A stretch of DNA of 64,000 nt from positions 1 to 64,000 of the forward strand of contig JASANG010000641.1 of assembly GCA_030248215.1 (NCBI GenBank). The letters run 5' to 3'. The translations under genes and the position numbers were made by a program. The DNA comes from Enoplolaimus lenunculus. Lineage: Eukaryota. Shown here piece after piece: positions 58,675 to 64,000 of the stretch. The notes beneath the pieces were generated by a model. The model had not been told where the DNA came from and did no database searches. It saw nothing but the letters and a program-made list of their open reading frames with translations. Each line of letters starts with the position of its first letter. The stretch's first letter is position 1.

Positions 58675-59660
58675 TAACTGATATCTTATGCGATAATATT
58701 TCAACCTGATGCTTTGCAGAATTCTTTGAAATTCCTGATGATAATTGAATATCGAAAAATATTATAAGTGTGTAGGTTTTAAACACAATAGAATCTAATT
58801 GAGGTATATATGTAATTGTTGCTATTGCGTGATGTCTCGTTAAACGATATTGCAGGATATTTTATTATGGTTCTGTAATTTAGGCACTTTCTTATTCGAG
58901 GGTCCAATAGAATAAAAGTAGCTGCGAAAATTTTGGCTGATATAATACATCATAGAGCATTGGGGCTCCGGGAATAGGGGGTAACCGGTAACAGACTTTA
59001 GCGCGGGTATATCTGCGGAAACCAATAATATTTACACGGCTCAGGCGCAGCGCGGATAAAAAATTTTTTTGCCCACTTACACTTCTGGGGTACTCTGTAC
59101 AATTTTGTCAGATAGTTTTCGTAATATAGGCTTATGTCTAGATTAAGCTGGTAACGGGGAAGTATACAAAAGCCATAGTATAATTTCTCAAAAATAGCCG
59201 GCTAACTTTAAGATTACTTCAAGGTTTATGATAGTTTCGAACTTTAAAGACTACTCCCAAGCTAAAAATTCAAGATGGTATATATATTGTTTGTATACAC
59301 GAATTTAATAGAAATGTGCCCAATGCGCGTTGCGTTTTTGGTTACCCCTCTCATTTATAAAGAATGGTTCAGTTGACCACTCTGTACTCAATTTCACACG
59401 TTAATACTATAATTCCCACTGCAGCGTTGCTTTGATTAAATTTTTAAAAAGCGACCCCCATAAATGGCAGGATAAGCAACAAATGCAACGCGTTTCAGTA
59501 CTTTTCTTGCAATTCAATTCTTCGATAGGTTGCATACTCTTGCGTCTAGCGTGTTCGTCTACATTTGACCAAATTAATGCAATACATTTAAAACTGTCTA
59601 TTTTGCTTTATTTTTTGCTTAAATTTCCGGTTAAAATATTTCAACTGCATGCGTATGAAC

Positions 59661-60098
59661 CAGGGTGCAACAGGAATTCTGATTCCGGTTTCGACAATTT
59701 TTGACCTTGTGTTTCTGGTAAATTTTTGCGTGAATTAACAATTCCGGTATCCAATTTTGGTCGGTGGAAATTAAGAAAATTAAGATATTTTACCAAAAAA
59801 TGACGTAAAAAATTAAATAGATTTCATTAGTATAGTATGCATACATTGACAATCGCCGAAAATAAACCATTGAAGTTAGATTTCGCTTCCGTGGGTTATG
59901 AAAATGTAACATACAGCAGATAAAGTGGATACCTATTTCGAACATGGTTATTTCTCCAATAGTATTACAAAAAAGAAAATTAAAATGAATTTTTCGGCGG
60001 CATGTATTTTACATTTTCCGGTTCTGGTTCTGTTTCCGGTAATTTTTTCAAATTCCGGTTCGGGTTATGGTAAATAATGTAATTCCGGTTGCACTCTG
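59661..60098. mobile_element. hAT-family MITE with 8-bp TSD
   Basis: TIRs CAGGGTGCAACAGGAATT ... AATTCCGGTTGCACTCTG; flanks gtatgaac / gtaggaac; TTCCGG subterminal repeats. Confidence 0.8.
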
Positions 60099-60390
60099 GT
60101 AGGAACGCCTGGTTTCCAAAATTTTGTTTTGATGTCATTTCACAAGTCAGCCTTCAGGTTATCGTGACTCTATTACAGGTTTTAATAATTTGCATTGTTT
60201 CTCCTTTGAGATTTTGATGAAATTAGATACTGTTGCACCCAAGTTCGTGGCGAAATGTTGACACCGAGATGCAAATTAGCTTATTTAGCATGAAACTTGA
60301 CCTTCTTAGACAGTTACAGGATAGTCCTTTCAGTTATAATAGAGTTGTTTAAAGTGAAAAAATGTAGTACCCTTAAGCACACAAGTCACT

Positions 60391-60568
60391 TCTATCTATA
60401 TATTAAAGCTAGAACGCCCCACATACGTATTTTGGGCAACTTTCTAGCATTACTTTGCTTACAATAATTTATTTGAAAATACACGTGATTGTTCTATGAA
60501 AGGAAAATTTGCAAATAAATTTTTGTGCTTTCGCTACTTTTGCGCATTGCGCAAAACTGGCAAACTAG
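60391..60568 (+). mobile_element. Short non-autonomous Helitron
   Basis: 5' end TCTATCTATATATTAAAGC; 3' hairpin TTTTGCGC-att-GCGCAAAA (60538-60556) followed 8 nt later by CTAG. Confidence 0.6.
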
Positions 60569-61787
60569 GTACTGTTATAGACCAAAAATATGTATACATT
60601 TTCAGGGTTGTGCGCGTGTCTTGTCGTCAATTTAGTAATTCTCAACTTTTTCAACTAATCGAACGGAGACAGTTACAAATTTAAAGCTTCCGTATGAATT
60701 CAAAATTTTCGCACAAAGGTTTTTAAATTTGCAATTTTTCGTTTTCTTAAATAAAACGGTGCTATTGTGCCGTTTTGACAGTTGTAACAGCGAAACATTC
60801 AGTTACAAAATTTTGGCCAAAATTGAACCTACAACATACAGAAAATGGTAGCGAGTATTAAAGTGTTGCTGTAGCAGACTAATTCAGAAACCAGGAAAGC
60901 AATTAGAAAATACGTCGGCGAAATTTTTGGAAAATGGAAGAAAAACGGAATATGGTGATTATTTTTTGGTTAAATGCGTGATGAAAATCAACGTAACCTT
61001 TACTGTCACGGCAACGTTTTAACGGTCTGATGACTTTGTAGCGGTTCTGTCCCGTCATTTAATGTTTTCTGAGTGTAGTAGTCTACTCTAGTGGTAGTCT
61101 TGCAGCATCTAAAACTCGACAAAAGCCGCTATTTTGAAGGTTTTTCGCGTTTCAAGCACATTTCAAAATGTATCCCACTGGCAATTGTCTACAAGAACCA
61201 GTACAGTAATGGTGGGTTATCCAACAGGTGATATCAGGCCTGTATCGATCTCACCTTGCTAGGGATGCAAAAAATTTTCAGGAGGGGCATACAAATGTTT
61301 TCGTTTACTTACAAAGCAAGGTTGAAAATTTTCTGTGGGAATTCTTCCAGGAACCGTCCCTGGTGATATTTACTGGCAGTACAAGTATAAGTTAAATTCA
61401 GCTTGAAATATAACACAAGTCGCTAGTACTTTTTTGACTTTGAAGCATATATTTTCTGACCAAACCTAATAATTGCAACAATTGAGACCGTGTTTAATTT
61501 CAACTGCAAGTGCGCTGTTGGTATTAATTCATTACTTTCTTATTGCTTTGGGAAAAGTTATTCAGTAAATTGCTGTGTTTTAGCCAGGTGGTTCTGTTAT
61601 GCAAATTAAAAGGCATATAATAGCGATTGCCTCTCAAAATATGGTGCTTATTTGCAATAAAAAAGTGTTATGAAACCCTGAACACTTACTAAGAAAATAA
61701 GAGCAAATGAAGCATGCTCGCTTCTGTTTGTATTCACTTCTGTCAGACGTTAAAAAATTAGCTAAGTAATTTATTGTTAACAATTTC

Positions 61788-61966
61788 GGCCAATGTAAAG
61801 AACAGCGTCGTAATAGTAGCATAAGCATATTTCTAAGGTAAAGCCAACGCGGAAGAATGGCCTTATACCGAAACCTGAGCCAAAGCAAAAAATAGTCTAA
61901 ACCGTAAGCTTACTCTCTGTTGCAACTGCGCTGAAAAACGTTCCGCTCCTGATCATTGTATGCGTC
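61788..61966 (+). mobile_element. TTAGGC-repeat MITE (type A, degenerate)
   Basis: ggccaatgtaaagaacag ... aaaaacgttccgctcctgatc. Confidence 0.75.
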
Positions 61967-62329
61967 ACAAATAGGCACGTTTAATTTAAGAACCGACATT
62001 TTAGTCGTTTTTTTTTCAGTGACACCCAATTCAAATTTGTCAGCGGGCCAATTAATTCGCTTTTAAAGCTACAAAGATACATGCCATCATAAGTGTGAAC
62101 GAAGAATCACTTATAGTTTTTCCGCGTCTGTCTATAATGAGTTTCTTTCTTGTCTCGGTTTTATAAAATTTAAATGCAGCGTTCACAAACTTTCGTCTTT
62201 GAAGTCGGTATTTAAAGATGTCTCAAGTAATCGGAAGTTAATGAGCCTAACTTCCGTTCAGAGACGGACGTACCAGGATTTAATTTTATGCATCGTTCAC
62301 AATAAAAAATTTCATTTTGCTACTGAAAC

Positions 62330-62563
62330 CACTGCAAGGTACGGTTAAAACGTGTCAATTTTCTAAATTGTCATGCGTTACACTCTACCCTAATGTAAAA
62401 ATTTCGTTAACCCTAGTCTAACACATGTGAAAGCCCTATCCTATTACGTTAAAGTATATTTTGTAACACGCGTTAAAGTACGGTTAACGCAAGTTTTGCA
62501 TTATGGTAGAATTAACGCATGACAATTTTGAAATTTGGCACGTGTTAACCCTACCTTATAGTA
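62330..62563. mobile_element. Palindromic MITE
   Basis: cactgcaaggtacggttaaaacgtgtcaattttctaaattgtcatgcgtta is the inverse of taacgcatgacaattttgaaatttggcacgtgttaaccctaccttatagt. Confidence 0.7.
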
Positions 62564-64000
62564 GCTAAGCTTCCTTCCACCTACTTTTTTGCGTAGGCCT
62601 CTTGTATGCAAATCGTTCAGATCGGATTTGAAAAAATTATTGACAGCAAATTATCTACTGAGATGATGTCAAAATTGTGATAAAATGCGTGTTTTACTGG
62701 TTAATTGTTCAAAGTAAAAATGCCAGAGATAGCTTATTTTGACAGCTAAACGTTCTAAATTTTAAAGTTTATTAAATTTTCAACAAAACATTAATACTAA
62801 GTCTTTATAAAACTGACATATTCGCAGACCTGTGTAGCTTTAGACTTTGGTTTAGGTTTACGCATAGGGTAGCGCTTATTGCAGTTCTTAAACTAGTGAC
62901 CTGCGAAAATGGCAAACTTGAAATGTAACTTCTTAGCACAATAAACTGAACGCAGCAATCATGCCGAATTTCGAAAATGAAGCATATATTTGCTGATATC
63001 AGCACATATAATTTTTAAATTTCAGCGAATCTTTTTCTCAAACTTAGTGTATTTAGAATTTTCAATTTTAAAATTTAATTATTTTTCTGAATAGCAGCAA
63101 TCGGTAAATTTCATTTGCGTTGTTGACGCCCAGAAATTAGTAATTTTAATAAAATGGAAAAATAACAAAATGCAACAAATAAAAGGGCTCACCTTGGTCC
63201 TGTGTATATACACTGTAAATTTGTTTTGGTAAACAGCTTAGAATGTTATCAAATCATGAATTTCAAATTGGACCAATATCACAAGACCATCACAATCACA
63301 AACTTAAATAAATTTTTAAATTGCATTGTTCTCAGTCATTCCATGCAAAACAAGTTTTATTTATTGTTCTGCAAATCACAGTTTTACTAAAACTCAAAAT
63401 CTACTTCCGCCAAACCTATTTTTTCAGAATCTGTTGCCTGTTTTCTACGCCTCATCTTTTGCCAATTGATGTGCTCCAACAAGCGATTGGTGGTCAGAGC
63501 AAAACTGTTGAACGAATTTTTGTTTACGAAAAGTTTCTTTTGATTATTATTACATATTTATCAGAACTACGCAGCGGTTTCCGATAGTCATTTCCTTTTT
63601 TTCCTACATTCGTTTTCTTTTTCGCTTTTGTCTTTGTCGTTCTCATAAAACTTGTACCCGGCCTTTACCACAACAACTAAACCAAACTCGTGTGTCTGAG
63701 TACATCAACTCTCGTTGTTCAACCTGACCCGAAAACCAGTTCATCCTGCGGAAGGGAGCCAAAACAGAAAAATTCGTAACAAAGGACGTGGAAACTTTTA
63801 TATTAAATTTATAAGCCGATCCTCAACTTTTGCACAAGGCAAAATTCTTTTCTGCCAAACTGATCCGTTTCTGTCCCCCTTGAATACGGACCAGGGAACC
63901 AAATGGGTATATTTTATGTACCGGAACTGTTTATGAGGCAAACAGCTTCGGTACTGTTCTTTAGTGAAGGCGGTTGCTTTTGTATACCTGTTTGAGGGTC

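Overview
AT-rich, repeat-dense animal genomic DNA with spliceosomal GT-AG introns. The many (T)TTTCAG/TTTTAG acceptors and the abundant TTAGGC-like repeats suggest a nematode-type host, but this is an inference. Three host genes could be built by hand. (1) A ~1200-aa, almost intronless type I membrane protein on the minus strand (5953-9741). It has the architecture of a class I cytokine receptor (gp130/Domeless-like): Ig domain, cytokine-receptor module with a degenerate WSxWS, FnIII-like region, extracellular polyQ, furin-like site, TM helix and a Tyr-bearing tail. (2) A 4-exon PEX11 (minus, 12740-14601). (3) A 6-exon PRC1/Ase1/MAP65/SPD-1 homologue (plus, 29051-36397) that seems to have a shortened rod domain. 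The first ~2.9 kb is a compositionally distinct, compact module of unknown ORFs (one frameshifted, one with a PAM2 motif) and GC-rich hairpins; it is probably the end of a large mobile or virus-like element. The rest is a mosaic of non-autonomous elements: about 18 copies of a MITE filled with TTAGGC-like repeats, two piggyBac-type MITEs carrying a tRNA-derived Pol III promoter and inverted around a PRC1 exon, hAT-, Harbinger-, CACT- and Helitron-type elements, a 176-bp near-perfect inverted repeat, and minisatellites with 18-, 30- and 93-bp units. No rRNA, intact tRNA, CRISPR array or intact transposase was seen. All homology calls come from recalled motifs, not database searches.
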